Notes under the pieces: generated by a model
What the model was told of the DNA's origin: nothing
The model's input: only the letters and a program-made list of their open reading frames with translations
The model's database searches: none
Position numbers and translations under genes: made by a program
Shown here: positions 56,577 to 63,968 of the stretch, piece by piece
How positions within the stretch are numbered: the first letter of the stretch is position 1
Layout: every line of letters begins with the position of its first letter
NCBI GenBank assembly: GCA_050943055.1
Contig: JBMNOL010000004.1
Span: forward strand, 3,262 to 67,261
Source of the DNA: Patescibacteria group bacterium
GTDB taxonomy: Bacteria; Patescibacteriota; Patescibacteriia; Patescibacteriales; UBA12465
DNA length: 64,000 nucleotides
Reading direction: 5' to 3'

Positions 56577-57203
56577 ATGAAAAATCCTAAGAGAACGGGC
56601 TTAATCATTATTGTCATTTCCTTAATATTGCTAGCCGCCTTAATCTTTTTAATTATCTGGCAAAAAAATGCTCAGCCGGAGACTCCGGAAGTCATTCCGC
56701 CAATAGCAACTTCAACTTTGCCGCTCGCCGAGACTGATCCCGTTGAGACGCCAACCACAACTCCGGGCGACCGACCGCGCAACTATCAGTCTTATGATGT
56801 TTCTCAAGAACCGCCTTATCAAGTGGTCGCTTATGACGCTGAGAAAAAAGCCAAATTATTTGCTGAACGCTTTGGTAGTTTTTCCAACCAATCCAATTAT
56901 AGCAATATCGCTGATGTTACTATTTTAATGACGCCCGATATGCGAACCTGGGCGGAGAATTATTTAGCGGAGTTGCGCCGCCAACCTTATAGCGGTGATT
57001 ATTACGGTATTATCACGACCGCTATTTTTTCTGAAACCTTGGCTTATGACGAAGTTGCGGGAACAATTAATTTACTGGTGACCACCGAGCGGCAGGAAAC
57101 TAAAGGCTTGGAAGTCGGCCCGCTCTATGAACAAAAAATTGAAATTGATTTAATCAAGGAGGGTAACGATTGGTTAGTTGACCGCGCTCAATGGCGGGAG
57201 TAA
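56577..57203 (+). CDS. Hypothetical bitopic membrane protein, possible VirB8-like (NTF2-like) T4SS component
   Basis: 208 aa. N-terminal TM (GLIIIVISLILLAALIFLIIW), a Pro/Thr-rich spacer, then a globular domain of about 140 aa ending ...KEGNDWLVDRAQW. The topology and position after VirB4 are as for TcpC/PrgL/Orf13-type proteins. There is no sequence-level proof. Confidence 0.35.
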   Translation: MKNPKRTGLIIIVISLILLAALIFLIIWQKNAQPETPEVIPPIATSTLPLAETDPVETPTTTPGDRPRNYQSYDVSQEPPYQVVAYDAEKKAKLFAERFGSFSNQSNYSNIADVTILMTPDMRTWAENYLAELRRQPYSGDYYGIITTAIFSETLAYDEVAGTINLLVTTERQETKGLEVGPLYEQKIEIDLIKEGNDWLVDRAQWRE

Positions 57204-57215
57204 AGTATTGAAGTT

Positions 57216-58580
57216 ATGGCCAGTTTAAAAACAATTTATGTTTGTTCTAATTGCGACGCCCAATTTCCTAAATGGAGTGGGCGTTGTTCGGAATGCGGGT
57301 CCTGGGGAACTTTAACTGAAGAAATTAAGGATCAAAAAGAAGCGGCCAAAGCGGATTTGAGTAAAATCGCGGGCGCGGAACTCTTAGATTTGCGGGAAAT
57401 AAAAAGTGATCAGTTACCCCGTCTACGTACCAGTCTTAGTGAAGTTGATGGCGTTTTGGGTGGCGGTTTGGTACCGGGATCGCTAACGCTATTAGCGGGT
57501 GAGCCGGGTATTGGTAAGTCCACCTTAGTGGCCCAGATGGCGAGTGCTTTAGGGAAGACGGCCACTGATAAAAAATCACCGGCGGTTATTTATGCGAGCG
57601 GGGAAGAATCGGCTCGGCAAGTGAAGGATCGTTTTGATCGTTTAGGCAGTAGTTTAGATAATCTTCGTTTTATCAGTGAAACCAATATTGAAAAAATAAT
57701 TGCTACCGCCACTAAAGCAAACCCCCAGCTTTTAATTATTGACTCAATTCAGACGGTTTATTCCGCTTTAATTCCTTCGGAGGCCGGTAGTTTAAATCAA
57801 ATTCGGGCCGCCGCCGTAAAATTATTGGAGTTAGCAAAAGGCAATGGCGTCACCGTAATGATGGTTGGTCACATTACTAAAGATGGTCAAGTCGCTGGTC
57901 CTAAATCTTTAGAACATATTGTTGATACGGTGGTTTACCTGGAGGCCGAAAAAGCCAATAGTTTTTGCTTGTTGCGAGCGAGCAAAAATCGTTTTGGTGC
58001 TACCAGTGAATTAGGAGTTTTAGAAATGACTGGTCGCGGGTTTGAAACGGTTGTTAGCCCCAGTTCCGTTTTTATAGAAGGGATAAGCGGTGATATTTCC
58101 GGTTCCGTTGTTGGCTGTGTCTTAGAAGGTGCGCGCCCTTTTTTAGTTGACCTGCAGTCGTTGGTTTCAAAAACCGTTTTCGGTTATCCGCAACGAAAAG
58201 CGAGCGGCTTTGACCTGAACCGCCTGCAAGTTTTGGCGGCGGTAATTTCCAAACGCACTAAAATAAATTTAAGTAGCCAAGATATTATTTTAAATTTAGT
58301 TGGTGGTTTGCGCTTGGCTGATCCGGGTTTGGATTTAGCGGCTTGCGCGGCGATGATTTCCTCTTTTTATAATAAAAATTTTAATCGGCAAACGATTGTT
58401 ATTGGTGAGGTTGGTCTTGGCGGTGAAGTTAGGGCGGTTTCGCGCCTGGAACAGCGCTTAAAAGAGGCGGAAAAATTAGGTTTTAAGCAAGCGTTAATTC
58501 CGGATGTTCCTCTAAAGGCGACTAAGCTAAAATTAGTGAGAGTGAAGAATTTAAATGACTTAGTTGAGTTTATAAAATAA
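57216..58580 (+). CDS. radA: DNA repair protein RadA/Sms
   Basis: Zn-finger CSNCDAQFPKWSGRCSECGSWG, Walker A GEPGIGKST, KNRFG motif, C-terminal Lon-protease-like domain. Confidence 0.95.
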   Translation: MASLKTIYVCSNCDAQFPKWSGRCSECGSWGTLTEEIKDQKEAAKADLSKIAGAELLDLREIKSDQLPRLRTSLSEVDGVLGGGLVPGSLTLLAGEPGIGKSTLVAQMASALGKTATDKKSPAVIYASGEESARQVKDRFDRLGSSLDNLRFISETNIEKIIATATKANPQLLIIDSIQTVYSALIPSEAGSLNQIRAAAVKLLELAKGNGVTVMMVGHITKDGQVAGPKSLEHIVDTVVYLEAEKANSFCLLRASKNRFGATSELGVLEMTGRGFETVVSPSSVFIEGISGDISGSVVGCVLEGARPFLVDLQSLVSKTVFGYPQRKASGFDLNRLQVLAAVISKRTKINLSSQDIILNLVGGLRLADPGLDLAACAAMISSFYNKNFNRQTIVIGEVGLGGEVRAVSRLEQRLKEAEKLGFKQALIPDVPLKATKLKLVRVKNLNDLVEFIK

Positions 58581-58590
58581 GTAAATAAAT

Positions 58591-58627
58591 AAAAAAGCCT
58601 GAGCATTATGCCAGGCTTTATTTTTTC
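58591..58627. terminator. Bidirectional intrinsic terminator between radA and the convergent 126-aa ORF
   Basis: aaaaaagcctg-agcattatgc-caggctttatttttt has stem agcctg/caggct with flanking A and T runs. Confidence 0.7.
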
Positions 58628-58630
58628 ATT

Positions 58631-59011
58631 TTAAATATCTACTGTAGATAATATATCCACGGTGATCTTTTCTTCTACCTCTACTCTTTGATAGCGAGGT
58701 TTTTTTGGTTTTTCTTTTTGGAATTTTTTAGAGATAATCTTAAATTCCTTCGTGATAAATTTAAGGTACTCTTCATCTTCGGGGTGCTGGAGTTTTATCT
58801 GACGCAGAGAAACGTACTGATTGCTGCCTTCTATTAAAGCGCGGACTTCACCGGTGCCGGTTATAAATAATTTGTCAAAATTGACTAATACTTTCTTCCC
58901 GTCCTTGATGGTGCAATACAACTTTTTGTAAGTTTTTGTTTTACAGCAAAACTGTCTGCCGTCTTTTGTCTCAATTCTTGCCATGCTTTTTATTTTTTTA
59001 AAGTTCAACAT
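58631..59011 (-). CDS. Hypothetical small basic protein
   Basis: 126-aa Lys-rich ORF (alternative start MARIETKDG at 58984). No family recognised. Confidence 0.45.
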   Translation of the reverse strand: MLNFKKIKSMARIETKDGRQFCCKTKTYKKLYCTIKDGKKVLVNFDKLFITGTGEVRALIEGSNQYVSLRQIKLQHPEDEEYLKFITKEFKIISKKFQKEKPKKPRYQRVEVEEKITVDILSTVDI

Positions 59012-59081
59012 CTACTAGGTTTTCAGTTTAGCATTAAACTAATAACTTGTCAAATAATGCTAATTATGGTAGTTTTCAAAT

Positions 59082-60287
59082 ATGATTAAAACCGATTTTA
59101 ATTACCTTTTTTCTCCAAAATTTTCAGCTGATTATCAGAAATATCAATCTTTTAGCGACCAGGAGCTAGATCGCTTGATTTTAAGCTCCAAAATCTCGCC
59201 CACCTTAGCCACCCAAATCAAGAATCGCCGGCGCGCGGCCAAGCGTTTTTCGCGTGCCGCCGAACTGTTTTTTACGAGTTCTGGTCTTGAGCAGGCTAGC
59301 AGTGAGGCGGTGGCCGCTTGTATTGCCGCCCGCGCCGCTAAGTTTCCGAAAATAGTTGATTTAGGCTGCGGTTTAGGTTTTAATAGTATTTTTTTAGCGG
59401 CCGCTGGCGCTTCAGTGTTTGCCGTGGAGCGTGACTTGGAACGCCTTTATTTGGCCCGGGCCAACGCCAAAGTTTATCAAGTAGCTGAGAAAATTAAATT
59501 TTTGGCAGGAGATTTTTTAGAACCATCTTTTGCCGATTTTTATAAGAATAATTTTCCGGTCTCAGACTCCGTGCCGGCCTTTTTTCTGGACCCGGCCCGT
59601 AACCTAGCCTCAGGAGTAAAAACTCGCAGTTTACTAAATTCTCAGCCGAATCTCTTTGAGTTATTACCCCAAATTTTGGAGTTTACCGAGAATGTAGCGG
59701 TTAAGATATCACCGGCTTTTGACTACCGGGAATTAGAGCAACTTCCTGGCGATCCGGAAGTAGAAGTTATTTCTGATAATGGCGTTTGTAAGGTGGCCAT
59801 GCTTTGGTTTGGCGCCTTTAAAGAAACTAAGCGTCGGGCGACGGTTTTAAAAGCTGGTCAAAAGATATTTTCTTTAAGATCCGGTCCGGAATCTTTGGCG
59901 TTTAGCTTGCCGACTGGCTATCTTTATCTTCCCGATAAAGCGCTGGCGCGTGCGCAACTGACACTTACTTTTGCGGCCGCTTATGACTTAAAACCTATCA
60001 GCCCCACCAACCCGCTTCTAAGTAGTGCTGATTTTAAGAATGTCCCGGCCAGTCGTTATTTTAAAATTATTTCGCAAGGTCGCTTTTCTCTAAAATCTTT
60101 AAAGCGCCTTTTAAAAGAAGAGAAGTTAGAGCGCGCCGAGCTGGTGGTTAAAGGGGTAAAAATAAGCGCCGAAGAGTTGCGTACTCGTCTCAAGCTCAAA
60201 GAGGGAGGCGGGCAAACAATTTTTATTTTTCCCTATGAAAGGAGGGGGAATTATTATATTTGGGCAGAAAACATCCAAAATCTTTAA
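59082..60287 (+). CDS. Class I SAM-dependent methyltransferase with C-terminal THUMP-like/RNA-binding-like region
   Basis: SAM motif I VDLGCGLGFNSIFLAAAG, followed by FAVERD and FLDPAR motifs. Target unknown. Confidence 0.65.
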   Translation: MIKTDFNYLFSPKFSADYQKYQSFSDQELDRLILSSKISPTLATQIKNRRRAAKRFSRAAELFFTSSGLEQASSEAVAACIAARAAKFPKIVDLGCGLGFNSIFLAAAGASVFAVERDLERLYLARANAKVYQVAEKIKFLAGDFLEPSFADFYKNNFPVSDSVPAFFLDPARNLASGVKTRSLLNSQPNLFELLPQILEFTENVAVKISPAFDYRELEQLPGDPEVEVISDNGVCKVAMLWFGAFKETKRRATVLKAGQKIFSLRSGPESLAFSLPTGYLYLPDKALARAQLTLTFAAAYDLKPISPTNPLLSSADFKNVPASRYFKIISQGRFSLKSLKRLLKEEKLERAELVVKGVKISAEELRTRLKLKEGGGQTIFIFPYERRGNYYIWAENIQNL

Positions 60288-60316
60288 GGCTCATAATTTC
60301 CCTAAACTAAGCCTAT

Positions 60317-60345
60317 TTGACAATATCTCATAAATCTGCTATAAT
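60317..60345 (+). promoter_or_regulatory. Consensus sigma70-type promoter TTGACA-17 nt-TATAAT
   Basis: ttgaca at 60317-60322 and tataat at 60340-60345 with a 17-nt spacer, 37 nt upstream of the ATG at 60383. Confidence 0.7.
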
Positions 60346-60382
60346 TCATTCAGAGTTATTTAACAATTAAATATCAAAAATC

Positions 60383-60661
60383 ATGAAGGAATTAAAACTT
60401 TGCTTAGCATTGCAGGGTGTAATCCTTTTACTATACTTCATCCTTATGTATTTAGGGGTTATAGTAGCGGTTATTCTCATTTTTACTGGTAATTCCGGGG
60501 CGATGTTTTTTCTTCGCCCAGCGATCGATGCTTTATTAGCACCACCTTGGTTACACCTAATTCTAGGTACGATTTCATTTTTCTCTATCGTTTATTTCCA
60601 TAACGATGATAATGGGGAGTACTTAGAAAAAATAATTAATGAAAAATTAACACAAAAATAG
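60383..60661 (+). CDS. Hypothetical small membrane protein
   Basis: 92 aa with two to three hydrophobic helices, preceded by a consensus promoter. Confidence 0.5.
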   Translation: MKELKLCLALQGVILLLYFILMYLGVIVAVILIFTGNSGAMFFLRPAIDALLAPPWLHLILGTISFFSIVYFHNDDNGEYLEKIINEKLTQK

Positions 60662-60667
60662 TAGAAC

Positions 60668-60934
60668 ATGGAAAAAATTAAAAACATTTTTGGAGTAATC
60701 GGAATTTTAATGCTTGGCATTTTCATAATCATCGGCTTAATACACTTATGGGGTTTTATATCTTATGTCTTAGATGGCGGTTACCCCGACTATGGCGCCA
60801 GAGATATGTTTGAAACTATTATCAGTTGGCCCTGGTATGTACTAGTGATTTTAGCCGTTTGGTCCGCCTTTGGTGTCTATCGCTTCCATCTCTGGAACAA
60901 GGAGCAAGATATAGAAGACCTAAGCGAGGACTAG
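60668..60934 (+). CDS. Hypothetical small membrane protein
   Basis: 88 aa with two hydrophobic helices and an acidic C-terminus. It lies 6 nt after the previous ORF and is followed by a terminator. Confidence 0.5.
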   Translation: MEKIKNIFGVIGILMLGIFIIIGLIHLWGFISYVLDGGYPDYGARDMFETIISWPWYVLVILAVWSAFGVYRFHLWNKEQDIEDLSED

Positions 60935-60954
60935 CAATTAGCCTTGCTAAAAAA

Positions 60955-60988
60955 ATAAAAGACTTCGCAATGAAGTCTTTTTTCTTTG
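60955..60988. terminator. Bidirectional intrinsic terminator between convergent small-membrane-protein operon and recG
   Basis: aaaaaagacttc-gcaat-gaagtcttttttc. Confidence 0.75.
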
Positions 60989-60997
60989 GGAAAAATG

Positions 60998-63076
60998 TTA
61001 TTCCAAATGTAAATTTTTCTCCCACTCGCCTAAGCGCGCCTTTATTTGTGGATGCTCATTTAAATCGGGGTCCGAGTTTATTAGTTTTACTGCTTCGGCC
61101 CGAGCGGCTTTTAAAAAGGGAAGATTAAAAATGGTGCCTAGCTGCCAGTCTTTGAAGCCGCTTTGTATTTGGCCAAATAAATCACCACTGCCGCGCAGCT
61201 CTAAGTCTTTTTCGGCCAGTTTAAGGCCGTTGTTAGTTTCGGTCATTATTGTCAGTCTTTCTAGAGTTTTCGGATTTTTTATATTTTCTTGACTGGGGAT
61301 TAGGAAACAATAGGAAGCGGCTGTCCCCCGTCCCACCCGGCCGCGGAATTGGTGCAACTGCGCTAAACCAAAGCGATCGGCGCCTTCAATAACCATGACT
61401 GTGGCATTGGGAAAATCAATGCCGACTTCGATTACGGAAGTTGAAACTAAAATATTTAGTTCGCGGGCGGCAAATCTTGCCAAAACTTCTTCTTTGTCTT
61501 TGGCTTTTAAACGTCCATGAAGTAGTCCTACTTTATACTCCGGAAAAACTTCTTCTTGAAGACGGCGCTGTTCTGTTTTCGCCGATTTAACTTCAAGCCG
61601 GTCCGAGTTTTCAACTAGGGGGCAAATTACAAAAACCTGTCGACCGGCCTCAATCTCTTGACGGAGGCGCACCTCCATTGCTCTTCTTTGTCCGCTGGCG
61701 ACTAAGAAAGTTTTTATTTCTTGCCTCCCGGCTGGTTGCTCGGTGATGATTGATAAATCTAAATCACTATAAATAGTTAAGGCCAGTGAGCGGGGGATGG
61801 GCGTAGCTGTCATTGAGAGAAAATGCGGCGCCCAATTTTCTTCTTGGCCTAAAATTTTATGACGCTGGTTAACGCCAAAACGATGTTGTTCGTCAACTAC
61901 CGCTAAAGCCAAGCGTGGAAAAGAAACGCCCGGTTGAATCAGAGCTTGGGTACCGATAATTAAATCGGCTTCTTGTCGCAATAATTCTTTTTTATCTTTA
62001 TTACTTAATTTCGGATCGATGGCAAAATTAGCTTTTTGGTAGCTAGCCGTCAGTAGGACCACTTTAAAATTTTGGTCTTTAAAAAATTGGCTAAATGTTT
62101 GGTAGTGTTGGGTTGCTAAAACTTCAGTCGGAGCCATGAGTGCCCCTTGCCGGCCGGCCAGAATAACATTTAAAAAAGCCATGGCGACGACGACCGTTTT
62201 GCCGCTCCCGACATCGCCTTCTAAAAGCCGGGACATGGGCTGGTTCTTCCCTAAATCGCCGATAATTTCCCAGGCCGATTTACGCTGGTCATTAGTTAAT
62301 TTAAAGGGTAGCTTCGCCACAAAATCTTGGGTGGCTTTTTCTTGAAACGGAATGGCGGGGGCTTTTAAGTAAGCCAATTCTTTTTTAATCGTTTGCGATT
62401 TTAATTGGCGCAAAAATAAATCACTAAAAGCTAAGCGTTGGCGGCTGGCGCTAATTTCCGCCTCGCTTGCCGGTTGGTGAATATAGCGCAGTGCCGTCGC
62501 TAGATCTAATAAATTAAGGCGCTCGCGAATTTCAGCCGGTACCCAGTCACCAACTTTTTTGGCCAGAGGTAAGACTTGACGAACAGCTTGGCGAATTTGC
62601 TTTTGTGATAATTTAGCGATGCTCGGATAGTGGGGGACTAAACCGCTAGTATTGATTAGTTCCGCTTGGGTGACCTTTTCATAATCAGGTGAGACCATTT
62701 GCGGGGTGCCGTTATCGCTTTGAACGCGGCCAGCCACCGAAATTTGGTCGCCCACTTTTAAATTACGCGTTAAAAAACTTTGGTTAAACCAAATTAATTT
62801 TAAAAAGCCACTGTCATCACGCAAAAGCGCCTCAGTAATCTGGAGGCGGCGCCCGTGGCTGCGGCGACTTTGGATTAAATCAATAACCCCAATAACATTA
62901 GCGGTTTCGCCAATTTTTAAAGCGTTAATACGGCGACCGCTGGAAAAATTGTCATAACGGAATGGAGTATAGAACAATAAATCCCCGGCGGTATTAAGGC
63001 CGAGTTTGGCAAATTGTTTAGCGGTGACTTCGCCCACGCGGTAAAGAGTGGATAGTGGGCTGCTAAATTTTAACAT
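60998..63076 (-). CDS. recG: ATP-dependent DNA helicase RecG
   Basis: N-terminal wedge/OB region, Walker A GDVGSGKT, DEQHRFG (motif II), TATPIPR, QLHQFRGRVGRG (motif VI). Confidence 0.95.
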   Translation of the reverse strand: MLKFSSPLSTLYRVGEVTAKQFAKLGLNTAGDLLFYTPFRYDNFSSGRRINALKIGETANVIGVIDLIQSRRSHGRRLQITEALLRDDSGFLKLIWFNQSFLTRNLKVGDQISVAGRVQSDNGTPQMVSPDYEKVTQAELINTSGLVPHYPSIAKLSQKQIRQAVRQVLPLAKKVGDWVPAEIRERLNLLDLATALRYIHQPASEAEISASRQRLAFSDLFLRQLKSQTIKKELAYLKAPAIPFQEKATQDFVAKLPFKLTNDQRKSAWEIIGDLGKNQPMSRLLEGDVGSGKTVVVAMAFLNVILAGRQGALMAPTEVLATQHYQTFSQFFKDQNFKVVLLTASYQKANFAIDPKLSNKDKKELLRQEADLIIGTQALIQPGVSFPRLALAVVDEQHRFGVNQRHKILGQEENWAPHFLSMTATPIPRSLALTIYSDLDLSIITEQPAGRQEIKTFLVASGQRRAMEVRLRQEIEAGRQVFVICPLVENSDRLEVKSAKTEQRRLQEEVFPEYKVGLLHGRLKAKDKEEVLARFAARELNILVSTSVIEVGIDFPNATVMVIEGADRFGLAQLHQFRGRVGRGTAASYCFLIPSQENIKNPKTLERLTIMTETNNGLKLAEKDLELRGSGDLFGQIQSGFKDWQLGTIFNLPFLKAARAEAVKLINSDPDLNEHPQIKARLGEWEKNLHLE

Positions 63077-63091
63077 AAGGTCATTATATCA

Positions 63092-63128
63092 AAAAAGCTT
63101 CGCCAAAATAAGGAGAAGCTTTATTTTC
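63092..63128. terminator. Hairpin terminator between tRNA-Arg and recG
   Basis: aaaaaagcttc-gccaaaataagga-gaagctttatttt has stem aagcttc/gaagctt, with a T-run on both strands' 3' sides. Confidence 0.55.
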
Positions 63129-63203
63129 TGGTGTCCCCGCTAGGAATCGAACCTAGATTACGGGCTCCGCAAGCCCGTGTTCTATCCATTAAACTACGAG
63201 GAC
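63129..63203 (-). tRNA. tRNA-Arg (anticodon GCG) with genomically encoded CCA
   Basis: Reverse complement: GTCCTCGTAGTTTAATGGATAGAACACGGGCTTGCGGAGCCCGTAATCTAGGTTCGATTCCTAGCGGGGACACCA. Acceptor GTCCTCG/CGGGGAC, D-stem GTTT/GAAC, anticodon stem CGGGC/GCCCG with loop TTGCGGA. T-arm CTAGG-TTCGATT-CCTAG, discriminator A, 3' CCA. Confidence 0.85.
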
Positions 63204-63218
63204 CTAAAGACCATTAAA

Positions 63219-63743
63219 TCACAGTTTAAACAGCTTCGTCAACTGTTCCGAGATTGGCGGTGCTACTCGTTCCAAATCTTCATTCAAGTGGCGCTTCAAA
63301 AAATTCCTTATTTCAATCGGGTCCTCGTCGTATAAATTGATCGATAAGCGCGGGTATCTAAGACCATTTTTAAACTCAAAATAAAGACGTTTTAGATCTT
63401 CATTCGGTTTATAGAGGATACAAAAATTACTGATAAGATCATAATCATAGAAATGATCACCAACCGTTACCCCGGTCGGTCCTAAGGTGCAGTCTAAAAT
63501 ATTCGGTTCGCGGCCTTCATTCATAATGTAGAGAATGGCCGAGGCAATTAGGATTAAGGGGAAGATAAAATTGGAATTAGCTCCTAAAAAAACAATTTTC
63601 CAATTGATAATCTCAAAGAAAGAAAAAAATAGACAGACTAAAAAGAATAGGGTGGCTAATATATACCAATTGCGGTTGCGCTCTCGAATCTCAAATTCCG
63701 GAATTTTCCAGGTAATTGAAGTAGTTAAGTTATTTTCGGACAT
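63219..63743 (-). CDS. Hypothetical membrane protein
   Basis: Two adjacent TM helices (WYILATLFFLVCLFFSFFEII, FIFPLILIASAILYIM) followed by a soluble domain. The track start 63776 is a TTG; the ATG (MSENNL) is at 63743. No family recognised. Confidence 0.5.
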   Translation of the reverse strand: MSENNLTTSITWKIPEFEIRERNRNWYILATLFFLVCLFFSFFEIINWKIVFLGANSNFIFPLILIASAILYIMNEGREPNILDCTLGPTGVTVGDHFYDYDLISNFCILYKPNEDLKRLYFEFKNGLRYPRLSINLYDEDPIEIRNFLKRHLNEDLERVAPPISEQLTKLFKL

Positions 63744-63832
63744 ATTTTTAGAAAAATAGCGCTTTTTGATTGACAAGATGAAGCGTTTTTTATATATTTG
63801 ATTTAGTCATTATAACACAAGAAAGCAAAAAA

Positions 63833-63922
63833 GGAGAGATGGCCGAGCGGCTGAAGGCGGCAGGTTGCTAACTTGCTATAGGAGTTTACCTCCTATCCAG
63901 GGTTCGAATCCCTGTCTCTCCG
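63833..63922 (+). tRNA. tRNA-Ser (anticodon GCT), type II with long variable arm, no encoded CCA
   Basis: GGAGAGATGGCCGAGCGGCTGAAGGCGGCAGGTTGCTAACTTGCTATAGGAGTTTACCTCCTATCCAGGGTTCGAATCCCTGTCTCTCCG. Anticodon stem GCAGG/CTTGC, loop TTGCTAA, variable arm TAGGAG-TTTA-CCTCCTA, discriminator G. Confidence 0.92.
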
Positions 63923-63926
63923 CAGG

Positions 63927-63968
63927 AGCTAAATTAAAAACCGGCTTCAGCCGGTTTTTAATTTAGCT
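63927..63968. terminator. 19-bp perfect inverted repeat / terminator after tRNA-Ser
   Basis: agctaaattaaaaaccggc-ttca-gccggtttttaatttagct. The GC core ccggc/gccgg is followed by a T-run. Confidence 0.75.

Noticed and set aside
38588-57203. Interpretation of the T4SS-like region as an integrative conjugative element or prophage-like island.
   Set aside because: The window contains no integrase/recombinase, relaxase, coupling protein, replication gene or flanking direct repeats. The flanks are core genes (rsmA, radA), and no tRNA gene is adjacent. By eye, base composition and start-codon context look the same as in the rest of the window.
60822-61128. Track ORFs 60822-61025 (-) and 60826-61128 (+).
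   Set aside because: They span the terminator hairpin and overlap the 3' ends of the 88-aa ORF and recG. No features support them.
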